Below are positions 1 through 13,157 of a stretch of 64,000 nucleotides of DNA, in pieces. Position numbers and translations under genes: made by a program. The notes under the pieces were generated by a model that ran no database searches, was not told where the DNA came from, and saw nothing but the letters and a program-made list of their open reading frames with translations. Position 1 is the first letter of the stretch. Every line of letters starts with the position of its first letter. This stretch comes from Podarcis filfolensis (taxonomy: Eukaryota): NCBI GenBank assembly GCA_964270895.1, contig OZ185435.1; one strand, 5' to 3'.

Positions 1-1983
1 TTACACAAAATTTGTGTTTCATTCCATTAATGTGTGTTCATTGTGCTGATTCCCACTGATTTTATGAGTCGCAACCTGCAGCTGACTTAGAATTGTTGTC
101 TCATATTTGGGGTTCTGGTAAAACCTGTATGCCACAAATACAAAAATCCCCACAGTGCTGGAGAAAGTAATTTCAGCCTCAATCCTCTACCTTCTACTTG
201 AGAGTAAACCTCATTGAGTTTAATAGGACTTACTTTTGAGTAGTGTGCATACGACTTCACTGTCATTTAGAAACAATACTGCTGTCTATTGTATTCAAAA
301 AAGAACACTGCAGCTCAGGAGAGTAAATTTCTTATTGCAGATTAAGGCAGATATATTGTTAATAGGTTATTTAATTTCTTCTCGCGTTTAAGCTAATACA
401 GTTCATTCCAGCTCTAAGATGTGACAGAATTTTATTGTAATATTTTACAAACCAGATCTTTTGTAAGAGGAAGAAATGTCATTGCTAAAGACATAGTTAA
501 AAGCTCATGGCTCAAATTGTCATTTTATTGTTCTTTTGTGTACAGATTGTATGCAGAAGTCCATCCTTCCATTCACCAGTGTTGAAAAAGGTGACACATA
601 AATGAAAGGACTTATAGCTGAGATTGGGTGCACGTTTGACAAGTCATAATGGAATTGTTTGCAAAGTTTTATTAAAATTCCTGCTTTCGTTTATCTTTGT
701 TAGCACAAGCCACAGAAAGCTGTGATATAGAATTCTTGTATAATTTAAACTAAATATAACCAAATTAGCCCAGGAAGCAAAAAAGAGAATAGCATATTTT
801 ATTCTAATGGAAAAAAATACTTTTGGAGATTATTATTATGCTTTATTACTTTGTGAATGTAATAACAATGGGTTTGGACTTGTTCCTTTTGAAAAAGCGG
901 AAACCAATATAAGAATCTGAAAGCAAGAGTTGTAATAATTCCACATTTTCATTTTGTTGTCACGTATCTGGTTATAGGCTTTCAAATACATTAGGATGCT
1001 TTCTTCCAAAAATCTTTTTCATGCAAAGCAAGAAACAAAAAACTTGATTTCGGCAACAGGCTTTGTTAATGTTGCTTGCTTTTATTTCACATTTAGTTAA
1101 GATATTTTTTATTGTGCTTTTCTATATATTAAAAGCTGCTCAAAGCAGCCTGTCATTAGCACAGTGGCATGCCCCAAAAGATTATTTTTGACAAGTGAAA
1201 AGGCACGATTGCAAGACTGCAGACAGTCTTGTCCTGCTGAAGCTACCCAGAACTCATCCCAATTGTTCCAAAGAGTTCCTCAAACCGAAGGAGTGATCTG
1301 GGGAACAGAGGTGAGCAGGAGCCAGGAAAGCCCTGTTCTCTGGATCTATCCCAGTGTAAAATATACTGAATAATGAAAACAAGATGGATAGCTAGTTGGT
1401 AACATCATTCAGCAAAATAATGATGAGTGATCTTGCCCTAGCAGGTCAATGTCACTGATGTTTTAAGGAAGAGGGGATGTCCATAATTTGATTACCCCAT
1501 AGGCATATGAATGCTGCATCAATGGATTGAGGGTTTGTGCGTGCGCACATGAAAGCCCTGCCCCAACATCTCAGTGCATGTTACTCTACCCACTCAGTCT
1601 CTGACTTTCCCTGTGTTCGTGAGTAGACTCCTCTGTGCAATTGGAGTCCTACACTTGATGTTCTCCTTGTGCTTCAACAAATGCAAGTAAAAGCCCTCTG
1701 CAGACCTTTTCCTTTCACCATGGAACAGAGCGAGTGATTTGTTTGATTAATTGATTAATCTAATTTACTGTATTTGCATGTTGCCTTTCCACAGTGAGCT
1801 TTGGCCAAAGTGGCTTGCTACGGATACCCATGAATTAATATAGAACATTACAGGAAGGAGGAGGCAGAGAAATCAGCTTGCAAAACATGTCCATAAATCC
1901 AAATAAGAGGAGTCCAACAATTCAACAAATATGGAATAAATTCAATACTGCAAAAGGTATAATCTAAACTTAAATACTTAAGT

Positions 1984-1992
1984 ACACACATA

Positions 1993-2049
<57 letters not shown>
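1984..2049. repeat. Compound microsatellite (CA)n(GA)n
   Basis: Directly visible dinucleotide runs. Confidence 0.97.
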
Positions 2050-2050
<1 letters not shown>

Positions 2051-2458
2051 ACAGTGCATGTCTGGAAAAATGCAAATAGGAAGTTGGGGTGGGGCTTGCA
2101 GACATGCCCCTGCTCCCACCCATCCACAATTCCAGCCCAAATATGTTTAGGTGAATGCCTGAAAACACCTCATGTCACATGGCAAGAGTATATATACAAT
2201 CTAGCTGGGGATGGAGAACTCAGTGTGCACTTCTGAAGCACAGTGAATCACAGCCCATTCCACAGGCCTCCACCGCACAGTGGGGAGAGAGAAGGGGAAG
2301 GTATAACTGAAGAAAGAGGCACAACTGCAGAGGCCTACAGTAACTGGCAAAAGCTTGAATCTTCAGTAAAATTATCGGCTTGCATTGCAGAACGCAGAAA
2401 TCATTTGCATTGGTGGAAACCAAAACGAACTGTGAACTAGCACCTGGCTGCCCCAAGA

Positions 2459-2536
2459 TTTATTATTTATTTATTTATTTCTATTTATTAAAGTTATATA
2501 CCGTCCTATACTCGGAGGTCTCAGGGCGGTTCACAG
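2459..2536 (-). mobile_element. L2-type 3' tail fragment
   Basis: (TTTA)n followed by ataccgtcct...ctcagggcggttcaca, the reverse of the squamate L2/MIR-type 3' terminus. Confidence 0.65.
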
Positions 2537-2940
2537 CTAAAGATGGAAGCTCGCAGTGCAGTGTGATCTCTTCTGCATTTCTTAAGGCTAAGCTAAGATA
2601 CACAGAACGTGCAGCCATTTTACAATGCATTTAAGTCAGACTGCTTCGATTTTGAATCAGTTAGGTATCACAGAATGCAAGGGCATATGATGAGCTTGAA
2701 TCTAAGTACTTAGACTATGGATGGTTTTAGACTTGCAGCCTGCTTTTAGTCCCGAGATAGATGAGTCAGATCTGCCAAATATTTGCTTAATTATATGTGT
2801 AATCTCATTTAAGTCAAGGATTCAATGAATAGGGAATGAAAATACAAGCATATTTAATAACCATGATTTCATCACTTTAAACTAGCCTTTGCCACTTACT
2901 TTTGCTAACCCAGTGTAGACTGTAGACCCACTTTCCCCCT

Positions 2941-3388
2941 CAGAGGAGGGCAACCAGAATGGTCAAAGGCCTGGAAACGATGCCTTATGAGGAACGGCTA
3001 AGGGAGCTGGGCATGTTTAGCCTGGAGAAGAGGAGGTTAAGGGGTGATATGATAGCCATGTTCAAATATATAAAAGGATGTCACATAGAGGAGGGAGAAA
3101 GGTTGTTTTCTGCTGCTCCAGAGAAGCGGACACAGAGCAATGGATCCAAACTACAAGAAAGAAGATTCCACCTAAACATTAGGAAGAACTTCCTGACAGT
3201 AAGAGCTGTTCGACAGTGGAATTTGCTGCCAAGGAGTGTGGTGGAGTCTCCTTCTTTGGAGGTCTTTAAGCAGAGGCTTGACAACCATATGTCAGGAGTG
3301 CTCTGATGGTGTTTCCTGCTTGGCAGGGGGTTGGACTCGATGGCCCTTGTGGTCTCTTCCAACTCTATGATTCTATGATTCTATGATT
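2941..3388 (+). mobile_element. CR1 LINE 3' end (5'-truncated)
   Basis: Encodes the CR1 ORF2 C-terminus ([23 protein letters not shown]...) and ends in an (ATTCTATG)n tail. Confidence 0.95.
2959..3306 (+). pseudogene. CR1 ORF2 C-terminal fragment (115 aa), not a host gene
   Basis: ORF track peptide carries typical CR1 motifs [14 protein letters not shown] and [19 protein letters not shown]. Confidence 0.9.
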
Positions 3389-3487
3389 CATGCTCAAATA
3401 GCTGTTCTGCACTTAAAATGCCCCCATCAGTTCAAAAATGCCTAACATCTGATCTCATCAACCCCATACACATCAACTTTAAGTCAG

Positions 3488-3724
3488 GTTACAAGAAAGG
3501 AGATTCCAACTAAACATCAGGAAGAACTTTCTTACAGTAAGAACTATTTGACAGTGGAACAGACCCCCCCTCAGAAGGTGGTGGACTTTCCTTCCTTGGA
3601 GGTTTTTAAGCAGAGGTTGGATGGCCATCTGGCATGGATGCTTTAGCTGAGATTACTGTGCTCCGGGGGGGGGGGGTGGAACTAGATGACCCTCAAGGTC
3701 CCTTCCAACTCTATGATTCTATGA
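3488..3724 (+). mobile_element. Second, older CR1 3' fragment
   Basis: Homologous to about 3150-3380 and ends in ctctatgattctatga. Confidence 0.9.
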
Positions 3725-3913
3725 ACCTACCTTCCCGTTCTTTTTACATTGAGAAGTTAAAAGGTATTAAGCTAATAGAAAATCAATTGAGTGGGTGCCA
3801 CTCATGAAGATAGTTTCATTAAAGTGTTTTTCTTTGCTGGAGTTGGAAGGCCTTCTCCCTGGAGAAAATTTATACAAATATAATCACATATCCTTGGGTG
3901 GATATGTGATTAT

Positions 3914-4283
3914 CCGCGGGTGGCGCTGTGGTCTAAACCACTGAGCCTAGGGCTTGCCGATCAGAAGGTCAGCAGTTTGAATCCCCATGATGGGGTGAGC
4001 TCCCGTTGTTCGGTCCCAGCTTCTGCCAACCTAGCAGTTCGAAAGCACGTCAAAGTGCAAGTAGATAAATAGGTACCACTCTGGTGGAAAGGTAACCGGC
4101 GTTTCCGTGCACTGAATCATAGAATCATCTGGTTCACCAGATGCAGCTTAGTCATGCTGGTCACATGATCCGGAAGCTGTCTGCGGACAAACAACGGCTT
4201 CCTTGGCCTATAGAGCGAGATGCCACAACCCAGAGTCGTCCATGACTGGACCTAATAGTCAGGAGTACCTTTACCTTTACCTT
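3914..4283 (+). mobile_element. Sauria SINE
   Basis: tRNA-like head (ggtggcgctgtggtctaaacc...gaatcccc), Sauria body and (ACCTTT)n tail; 10-bp TSD tatccttggg at 3889-3898 and 4284-4293. Confidence 0.93.
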
Positions 4284-4294
4284 TATCCTTGGGG

Positions 4295-4420
4295 CAGGTG
4301 TGGAGAACCTGGACCCTCCAGATGTTGATTGACTCCAAATCCCATCAGCCTCAACCAGCCTGGCTAATGGACAAGTATGATAGAAGTTATCATCCAAGAA
4401 CAACTGGAGGGTCACCAATT
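4295..4420. mobile_element. Short palindromic MITE-like repeat
   Basis: ccctccagatgttg...caactggaggg imperfect palindrome; related copies at about 14345, 46212, 57626 and 58775. Confidence 0.6.
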
Positions 4421-5381
4421 CCTCTCATGCCCTTTGGGATGCTGGGACTTGTAGTCACTGCCCCCTCACTAATGCAAATAGATGTGCCTCTAGAACACCC
4501 AACTCTGTCACTGCCGCCTCTCTCTTTTCCTGCCCCAGTTAAGTACCGCCATGCTTTCAATGAATGCACCCAACTCATTTCGTTTATTTGTGTGTGCATT
4601 TAAATGGAGATTAAAGATTAAGCTGCTTTCACAGGGGTACTCACATAACCCTAACATTTGATTTGTTTGGGTCTACATAAGCTTGTTTCAGAACCACTGA
4701 AACCAGTGGAGTTTATATTTTTCAGAAATGAAGACTACAATCCTGAACTCATTTACTAAGGCATGTCCAACTAAACATGATATGGCTTATTACTAAATAA
4801 GCATAAATTGGAGAACTCTTATTGATTCCAATCTTATCTGAAACCCAGAGATTGGGTAGCATCTGTGCAAACATAAGAAACACTACCACCACTCCCTCTC
4901 TGCATATATATATATGGAGCAGGGGAGGGAGGCAGCGAATGCTCTAAACTTATAGTAAATATACTGTTGTTTGTATTTAACCATATTGTCTAACAGCAGC
5001 AAAAAAAAAGCAAGCAAAATATACTCTGGACCTATTTGGAACAGCAATACTCTAAGTAGCATTCTCAGCTAGTAAGCACCAGGTGTTCCTCTTCATTTTG
5101 CTAAGCGAGATATGCTTAATTTTTCTTATATAAGTGCCAGGTATTTTACCCAAATTGTGACAAAAGAATAAACAGCCAGCGCATGTTAAAACATTCACTT
5201 CTGATTTATCATTTACAAAGACATTGTTTTGATAGAACCAATATGATAACTATATATAAATCAGGTGCTCTGCTCTGTACTACTTGGAGATAGGATAGCA
5301 GGCTGGTCCAAACTTGAAAAACTGAGACAGCACTGTAAGTGAATGGAGATACATTGGCTTAAATTCAAGCATTGTGGTTTC

Positions 5382-5625
5382 TAGGGTTGCCATATTTCAA
5401 GCAGTGAAAATCCAGACAGAAAAGCATTTTTTAGTTTTGCCCAAAGTTCTTGATTTATTTATTTTTACAAATTCACAACAGAATTTTTGAGCTACGTTTA
5501 AGGAAAATTGCCAAAAACAACACTGTCAACATGGGTTGCCATACGTCCAGATTTTCCCAGACATTTTTAGCGTTTTCCGCCAGGACACTATTTCCATATA
5601 CAGTATTCCAGATATGACAACTCTA
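5382..5625. mobile_element. Old DNA-transposon MITE
   Basis: Imperfect TIRs tagggttgccatat / atatgacaactcta, plus an internal TIR-like copy at about 5533; no clear TSD. Confidence 0.55.
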
Positions 5626-5874
5626 GAACTTCCTTGTACTTGGGCTTCTTGGATTTCTAGAACCGGTGCTTATACTTAGTTGGTATTGAAACGTCACCAA
5701 GCCAGCATATAATGTCACCAAGCTAGTAGCAACAGAGATATTTATAGGGTTTATCAGTCCAACATTTTGATGATGCAGCTGCCCAGGTAACCTCAGTGGC
5801 TAGAAATCCTTTTCACTAGCTGTGATAGGAATCACAGCTGCAGCTGTTTTACTGGGACAGCAGAACTTGGCCAC

Positions 5875-6723
5875 AGTCATTCATGCACTCTATGCAGGGC
5901 TTCCTTTGCATTTGATCTGGAAGCCACAGCTATTGCCAAATGCTGTAGCATGATCACTAACTGTCAGCATACAACTCCTCTGCTCAGAGATCTGCACAGG
6001 TTTCCCACTTGCTAGCAGGCCAAGTTCAAGGTGTTACTATATAAAGCCCTTAAAAGCTTGACATGAGCTTACTTGTGGGAATACCTTACTTCATATATGC
6101 CCACTCAACCACTTCAATCTGGGGATCTGGTGCTGTTACAGGTGCCACATAATATTTGTTCTACACTTATAAGAAATTGATCTTTTTGTGGGGTAGCACT
6201 TTGCAACTCCTTGCCTATTGATATTAGACAGGTGCCTCCACTGTATTCCTTTTGGTGTCTACTTAAAGCATTTTTTTGTTTAGGCAATCATGTAGAAGTT
6301 CCATGCATTGTATTTCTTTTTAGATACTGTTGATGTTAATGAACTTTTCAATAATTCCAAATACAGTGGTACCTCGGGCTACATATGCTTCAGGTTACAT
6401 ACACTTCAGGTTACAGACTCTGCTAACCCAGAAATAGTGCTTCAGGTTAAGAACTTTGCTTCAGGATAAGAACAGAAAGTATGCTCTGGCGGTGAGGCGG
6501 CAGCAGGAGGCCCCATTAGCTAAAGTGGTGCTTCAGGTTAAGAACAGTTTCAGGTTAAGAACGGACCTCCGGAACGAATTAAGTACTTAACCCGAGGTGC
6601 CACTGTACCTATTATTAACCATTTTTAATGAATAAATCTAGCCCATTTCATTCTTTTTGTAAACTGCTTAGAAGCTCTCTTACAAGCAAGCAGCATATCA
6701 ATGTTGTTAAATAAACAAATAAA
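5875..6723 (+). mobile_element. Degraded L2 LINE 3' part, interrupted by a MITE
   Basis: Decayed L2 ORF2-end sequence (ctcagagatctgcacaggtttccc...ggccaagttcaaggtg...aaagccct); L2 terminus tgtaaactgcttagaag...aaataaacaaataaa at about 6658-6723. Confidence 0.65.
6364..6605. mobile_element. Tc1/mariner(pogo)-type MITE, short class
   Basis: TIRs CAGTGGTACCTCGGG / CCCGAGGTGCCACTG with TA duplications on both sides. Confidence 0.92.
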
Positions 6724-8080
6724 GCTCCCATGCCCAATCACTGCCATCTTTAGGTAGGGCAGAGGAAGGCCCCTTTGTGAAACCTTGGAGAGCTTCTAAC
6801 AGTCAGTGTAGACAAATTCCCTGTGTTCCTAAAACAGGAAACAATATGTAAATAAAATATCAAAGCAGTGTGGTAACATGACATAGAATTCAAGTGATAG
6901 TCAAGGGCTCAAACCGTGAGGGTCGCTTGATGAAAACTGCAGAGGAGATAAATCTGTAACCTGAAAAAAAATGCTGGTCACTTAACCGGTTTCAAGAAAT
7001 CTTCATCAAGATTCAATTTCCATGCAAAAGTTCAGCAATCCATAGAACACAATTCAGAGGCTGAGGTATGCTTGAGGAAGTACAATAAAATCCTGCGGCT
7101 TCCCAGGGGGCAGAAATAAACCTTCAGAAGTTCACTAATAGGCACATTCTGTGGTTAAAAGCTTTTAAGTCCAAAGACACACAGTGCTGAGCTTCCTCCA
7201 GGGACAATCTTAATAAATTCACGTATTCATTTCGGTGGTAAGTTTTCAAGAGCCTTAAGATTCACAGCTCTCAGTTCCACTCCAGCTAACTCTTCCAGTG
7301 GCAAACATGGCATCTCCCTACTGATATCTTACTCTGGCCCATTGACCAGGCTATCCACTGGTCAGGTCAACCATGAATCCCGGATGCCAAGTGGGACAGT
7401 AACAAGAAGTGCATATATGAAAGTGTTTCCTGACAGTATCTGGCAGGGCAGAATAATATTAGTAGCAGAAAGCTGGACAATCTCATTTTTCCTAACACTC
7501 TGCACCCTATTTAGAATGGCTCCTGTTCATCATGCTTTGGTTTAGAAAAGTTTATCTCTTGATTCAGAAGAGACGTTAACAAGCCACCTCAGTTTCTGAA
7601 AAGCAGCTTGAGATCTCCTCCCCATTTTCTGTTATTCAGTACATACTTTTTATCATATTTATAAGCTTCTTCCTTGAGACGGCAGTACCAAGGGGAATCA
7701 TTGATCATTATGCTCATGTACTAGAGCTGAAACAATGTGCAAAAGGTTTATCTAAAGGTTGATATTTCCATTTAGGTTCCTGGAATAATTGAACTTCTAC
7801 TGCTGTGAGCCACAGAATGGACTGAATTAGAAACCTCACCCACCCACTGTTTCTGATGTGAAATACCTTGCTGTTCATGTAGACTATCTAAACTTCTTGG
7901 AGAATCATGCTGCTCTTTGTGTATGAAAATAACACTACATTGAAGATGTAGAGATAAAAAAAAAACCCCTATCATTGCTATAGGAACATAGAGAGTCATT
8001 CTTCACCCCATTTCATTGTTTTTATGCTGTCAATCTTTTCTTTCAGTGATGTTCATCCATAACTAAAAAAAGGAAAGGTA

Positions 8081-8322
8081 CAGTGGTACCTCGGGTTAAG
8101 TACTTAATTCGTTCCAGAGGTCCGTACTTATCCTGAAACTGTTCTTAACCTGAAGCACCGCTTTAGCTAATGGGGCCTCCTGCTGCCACCGTGCTGCCAG
8201 AGCACAATTTCTGTTCTCATCCTCAAGCAAAGTTCTTAACCTGAAGCACTATTTCTGGGTTAGCGGAGTCTGTAACCCGAAGCGTATGTAACCTGAAGCG
8301 TATGTAACCCGAGGTACCACTG
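8081..8322. mobile_element. Tc1/mariner-type MITE, short class (opposite orientation)
   Basis: Perfect TIRs CAGTGGTACCTCGGGTTA; TA TSD. Confidence 0.93.
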
Positions 8323-10164
8323 TACTCTTAACAATACGGTTTCATTGAAATGTGTCAAGTCTACTTGACTTATTTACACCAGTAACTGTATCATTAGGCT
8401 TGAATCTGGTCCAATGGATAGAGTAGTGTATTTGGAACCCTTGAAATTCTGATTCAATGATGGTATTATTCTGGTGTGGATTCAGGAGCCACCTTGGAGT
8501 ACAGTCAGCCCATTCCCCACTAAGGTCTATTAAGATGCTGTTCTGGACCTAAACCCCTACGCATGCTGCAATCAGAAATGAGTCTCAGAGTTGCATAAAA
8601 AGTAAATAATGCACCGAGAGAGAGCTTGCATCTATTTAAATATAGAATCTCTCTGACCCTGCAATATGGAGCTCACCACTGAATAATCAAATGATGATCC
8701 TGAAAGTGGTTTTGCACTGACCACTCCAGTCCCAGAGACGCAGGTGCCATTTGGCTCACTGATGACAACACCTGTCTGGAATTAAGCTCAGGTGTACTGA
8801 AGGAGTGCAGTGGTTGAAACACAGATACATGGGAGCAACTGCTTTTTAAGATGCAGAGAAAGTTGAGAAAGGGTGGAAGAAATCAGAAGGACCAGAGAGT
8901 GGAAGGTTGTGTGGGAGCAAAATGAATAGAAGTAAATACTGAAGAGGGAAAAGGGTAAGTACAGTTGGTTTGTGGGATGGAGTGGGGTGGGACAGGCTCT
9001 CCTCAATTTTCATCTATGATGTGTTGGAGCTTTTAGGATCACAAGCAACTCTAAACCTTGTCTTCTGGCATAAGAGGAGTTGATTGCACTTGGGACAGGG
9101 TCCTGTAGTGTTGTGGAGAACCCACACCCTGTATTTTAATAAGCTTATATAACTCTTCTGACAATGAACAAGTAACCGTGAAATCTTCCTGTTACACTTA
9201 CGTAGTATTCCATGCTGGTCACTTAACATATATGAATTATTTCCATTGTTCCTTCTCAATTCCTGTCTATAAAGGTGCCTCTAGAAGATCATGGGTGGGG
9301 GGTTTCCATGAAAACTCTTTCTTTCTTTCTCCTGCCCTAGACATGGTGCAAGTGATGGTGAAACCAAAGTTCACTAAGAACTACCAATTAGGTGTGGAAA
9401 GGAAAAGCCTCTTAATATTTCAAGATAGCATTATGTGCTCATATAACTGAGATGTTTCACTACTGGTTTACAAAAATATTAATAACAATGCACACTAATA
9501 AATCATCATAACATGAAGATGGCTTCTCTTCTCTTGCTGAAACATCTAATTCCTGATCTGAGCGTGAACTCTAAAAGTTTTTATATTGCAAATGAAAACC
9601 AGTCCAAAATGTGTCATTCATTTTTAAATACATAAATAAAGAAATGGCCTTTAAATAGCTTCAGTAAGAAAAAGTAACATAGAGCTGTGTCTGGAGAGAC
9701 AGAGAGAGGAAAAAAATCTATAAAATCTGCTTGCCCCTGATAGCATTTCTCATTGATTTTCATATAACATCTTTTTTCAGTATAAACAGTAACAGGACCT
9801 TGTGCCTATTTTATCATCCCAGATGTTTTAGCGATAGCTGACACTGGATCACAGTACTGCTGTGAGACAGCCACATATCCTGTGATTGTGATTGTCCAGG
9901 AAATTGAGGCCATTATCAAGGTCAAGAGTGGGTGAAAGACTGCTTCAGATCCTCATAAATTCAGGTAGTCCTGAAGAATGCTGAATCTTAAGTTTATCAC
10001 TGGTAGCTCTTGACAAAGGGCAATAAGCACCCGACAACACAGATGGCACGCACACTAAACTGTAACACACACACTGAGCAATCTGATGTTTGTTCACATA
10101 TTTTTACAGAGATGAACATTGTGCTTTGAGATGACCCACATCATATATAGACTTTTGCCATTGT

Positions 10165-10556
10165 TAAATTTATCCACTACCACCCTGCCCTATCTAGCAG
10201 CTCCTAGGGTGGGTTACAACAATTAAAAATTTTAAACAGTTAAAACAGATTACAGTCTCAGGAATAGCACCACCATCTTGAAAATAAACATCTCAGGAGT
10301 CAAAGGCTAGAGCAAAGAGGTGCATCTTCAGCATTTGCCAAAAGCTAAAGAGTGAAGAAGCCAGACGCACCTCTGTGGGAAGGGAATTCCACAACTTAGG
10401 GGCTTCCACAGTGAAAGCCCCCTCCTGAGCTGTCATTCCCTGTACTTCTGATGATGGTGGAACTAAGAAGAGAGCTCCCTCTGCCAATCTTAATACCTGA
10501 AAAAGTTTGAAGGAATGGAGGTGGTCTTTCAGATATTTGGGGTCTAAGTCATTAAA
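10165..10556 (-). mobile_element. L2 LINE 3' fragment
   Basis: Minus ORF 10293-10487 reads RAFTVEAPKLWNSLPTEVRLASSL...LKMHLF-like, the L2 ORF2 end. Confidence 0.8.
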
Positions 10557-12355
10557 ACACTAATGTGAGCTCCTTCTGTTCTGTGGAGTTTAGGCACAAA
10601 GCAGACTAAAATAATGTAGATTGGATTGAAGATGATTGTTTCTTATTGTTGATGGATAGATTTCTATATCCTTGACATGTCATAGTGGTTTCTTCAGGGC
10701 GGACATTAAAGTACCCTCAAAAAAGAGGAAATGCTTGATTGAAAAAAGAAGACACAGATTTGAATAAGATCTGCATCTGCTAATTTATAGAGATGCAAAT
10801 GTAAACATATTTAATTTAAAAAGAAATACAATACATGTATGAAACAGAATTGATGAAATTTGATCCCTTTCATTGGGATGGACGGAGTTAGATTTGTATG
10901 GAGAGATAATCTGTATATCATATAGTTCTGGAGTTCTATGTAGTTTGAGGACAAAGTTCCTGTTGGATTCAAATGCAATTGTGAACACTCAGCACTTCTG
11001 TGAATCAGACTCCCACTGTGTCAGGAAAGAAAATAATGAATGCCCAGGCCTAGCAATTCAGTCCAAGAACTCAGAGTGGCATAGCCAACAACCTAGTTTT
11101 CCAAGATGTCATTCACTTTCTTAATCTAAGGTGTTATCCTTGCTTTAACTGAAGTCCCCTTCCGATTCACTGCACAGTCAACCATTTTTTTACAGCAAAT
11201 CCTAGCCAACATCATTCTTTATTGAAGGAGCTTTCAATAAGCAATGCTTAACTTTACTGCTGAAAAAGGTAAATGCTGAGCACATGCATTATCTTAACAA
11301 TTTTCTATGTGGATCGATTAATTCCGGCACTTTCTATCTTCTTAGTACACAATCAATGTAAAATAACTTTGTGCCATTTGAATATGGACGCTGTTTCATT
11401 TCTATCAAAGCACATTTTAGGCCCCCTGAAAATAGAAAACAAAACAGAAGTGTAAAGAAAGTATGATACCATTTAAAAATTTAAACTAATGATACAGGAT
11501 ATGTGTGTGTGTGTTCCAATGAAGGTTAGCTGTAATAGTTATGGGGTTATTGCTCATGGCCCAGTGAATGTTAGGGTGCTATACAAATGTTGTAAGTAAA
11601 TAAAACTATTTTGGAGAGCATTTCCTTTCCTAGTGATTCTGAGAGCCTTCTGGGTGGCCCTGAGGTGTACTCTCTGAGATATCCTTATGTCTGCTCTCCT
11701 GTGAACCAAGGAAGCCCATTATAACCCGATTGTGAATATACGTGAAGACAAGCATTAACATTGATTATGTATTATGCGGTTACATGGATAATCGGAAAGC
11801 ACAATTTTATGCTCTAACTCCACCAGTGAAGCCACAGTCATGTAATAATATCACACCAGAAAAATTGTCTTCTTTCCTGATATGCTAGTAATTAAGGCAT
11901 TGGTTTCTGCTCTCTTCCTCCAGGACCCTAAACCTCAAAAGTTCTGATTCCCCGGGAAAATTAGAGTGGGTTCAAAGTGATCTCAAACATTTTTGCCTAA
12001 TCAAGCACCTCATTAAGCAACTTGAAACACTTTAGAACTGCCCTTGCATTAAATAAATTATAATAGAGAATCAGTAGTAAAGTTAGCACGATCAGGGAGA
12101 GGATCAAAGCTTTACTGTAAAGATTATTGGCCAAATGGCCCTGAATTGCAAATCCTCTCTAAATTAGGACCAGGTACAGCAACCCACACAATATAGTTCC
12201 ATACTGTTTTTCAACAAACGTCACAGAAGTTTGTGAGCAATTTCATAACACTTTGGGTGGTTTTGCATAGATATAGTAAAGGCTGGCAGCCCCAAATTTG
12301 ATTTGGTATTCTCCAATCTAGCAACTCTTTAATTATATTATTGTGTTGCTTTTTA

Positions 12356-12697
12356 AAGGTAAAGGGACCCCTGACCATTAGGTCCAGTCGTGGCCGACTC
12401 TGGGGTTGCGGCGCTTATCTCGCTTTATTGGCCGAGGGAGCTGGCGTACAGTCATATGGCCAGCATGACTAAGCCGCTTCTGGTGAACCAGAGCAGCGCA
12501 TGGAAACGCCGTTTACCTTCCCGCCGGAGCAGTACCTATTTATCTACTTGCACTTTGACGTGCTTTCGAACTGCTAGGTTGCCAGGAGCTGGGACCGAGC
12601 AACGGGAGCTCACCCTGTCGTGGGGACTTGAACCGCCAACCTTCTGATCGGCAAGTCCTAGGCTCTGTGGTTTAACCCACAGTGCCACCCGCATCCC
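12356..12697 (-). mobile_element. Sauria SINE
   Basis: Near-full body with tail aaaggtaaag; 13-bp TSD gtgttgcttttta at 12343-12355 and 12698-12710. Confidence 0.95.
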
Positions 12698-12910
12698 GTG
12701 TTGCTTTTTACCTTAAGCTAATTGGCATGTGTGGCTTATTTTTACGTGTTGTTGACGTATTGCCATCACGCCCATAAAGAAGTCTCAAGATGCAACATAT
12801 GTGGCAAAACAGGTTATATTTATCAAATAGAACAAATTTGAAGACCGGCAGAAACCCAATAGTCAGATTAGCCAAATAAAAGTAATCTGGGCAGGACAGT
12901 TGTCCAGTAA

Positions 12911-13157
12911 AGAAAGAAAGAAAGAGTTTGGATTTGATATCCCGCCTTTCACTCCCCTTCAGGAGTCTCAAAGCGGCTAACATTCTCCTTTCCCTTCCTC
13001 CCCCACAACAAACACTCTGTGAGGTGAGTGGGGCTGAGAGACTTCAAAGAAGCGTGACTAGCCCAAGGTCACCCAGCAGCTGCATGTGGAGGAGCGGAGA
13101 CGCGAACCCGGTTCCCCAGATTACGTGACTACCACTCTTAACCACTACACCACACTG
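12911..13157 (-). mobile_element. tRNA-head/CORE (MIR-like, Squam3-type) SINE
   Basis: Reverse of cagtgtggtgtagtggttaagag...gggttcgcgtctcc...gctgggtgaccttgggctagtcac; near-identical copies at 21757, 32190 and 45648. Confidence 0.9.

Noticed and set aside
8691-8762. C/D-box snoRNA-like arrangement (ATGATGA ... CTGA ... CTGA, 72 nt)
   Set aside because: Only a 3-bp terminal stem, no convincing C' box, and no rRNA/snRNA complementarity that I could recognise. snoScan would settle it.
12390-12647. Recurring ORFs ending ...GFEPPTF and MDLIS..SLPF.. in many places
   Set aside because: They are translations of non-coding SINE copies; their recurrence reflects repeat homology, not genes.
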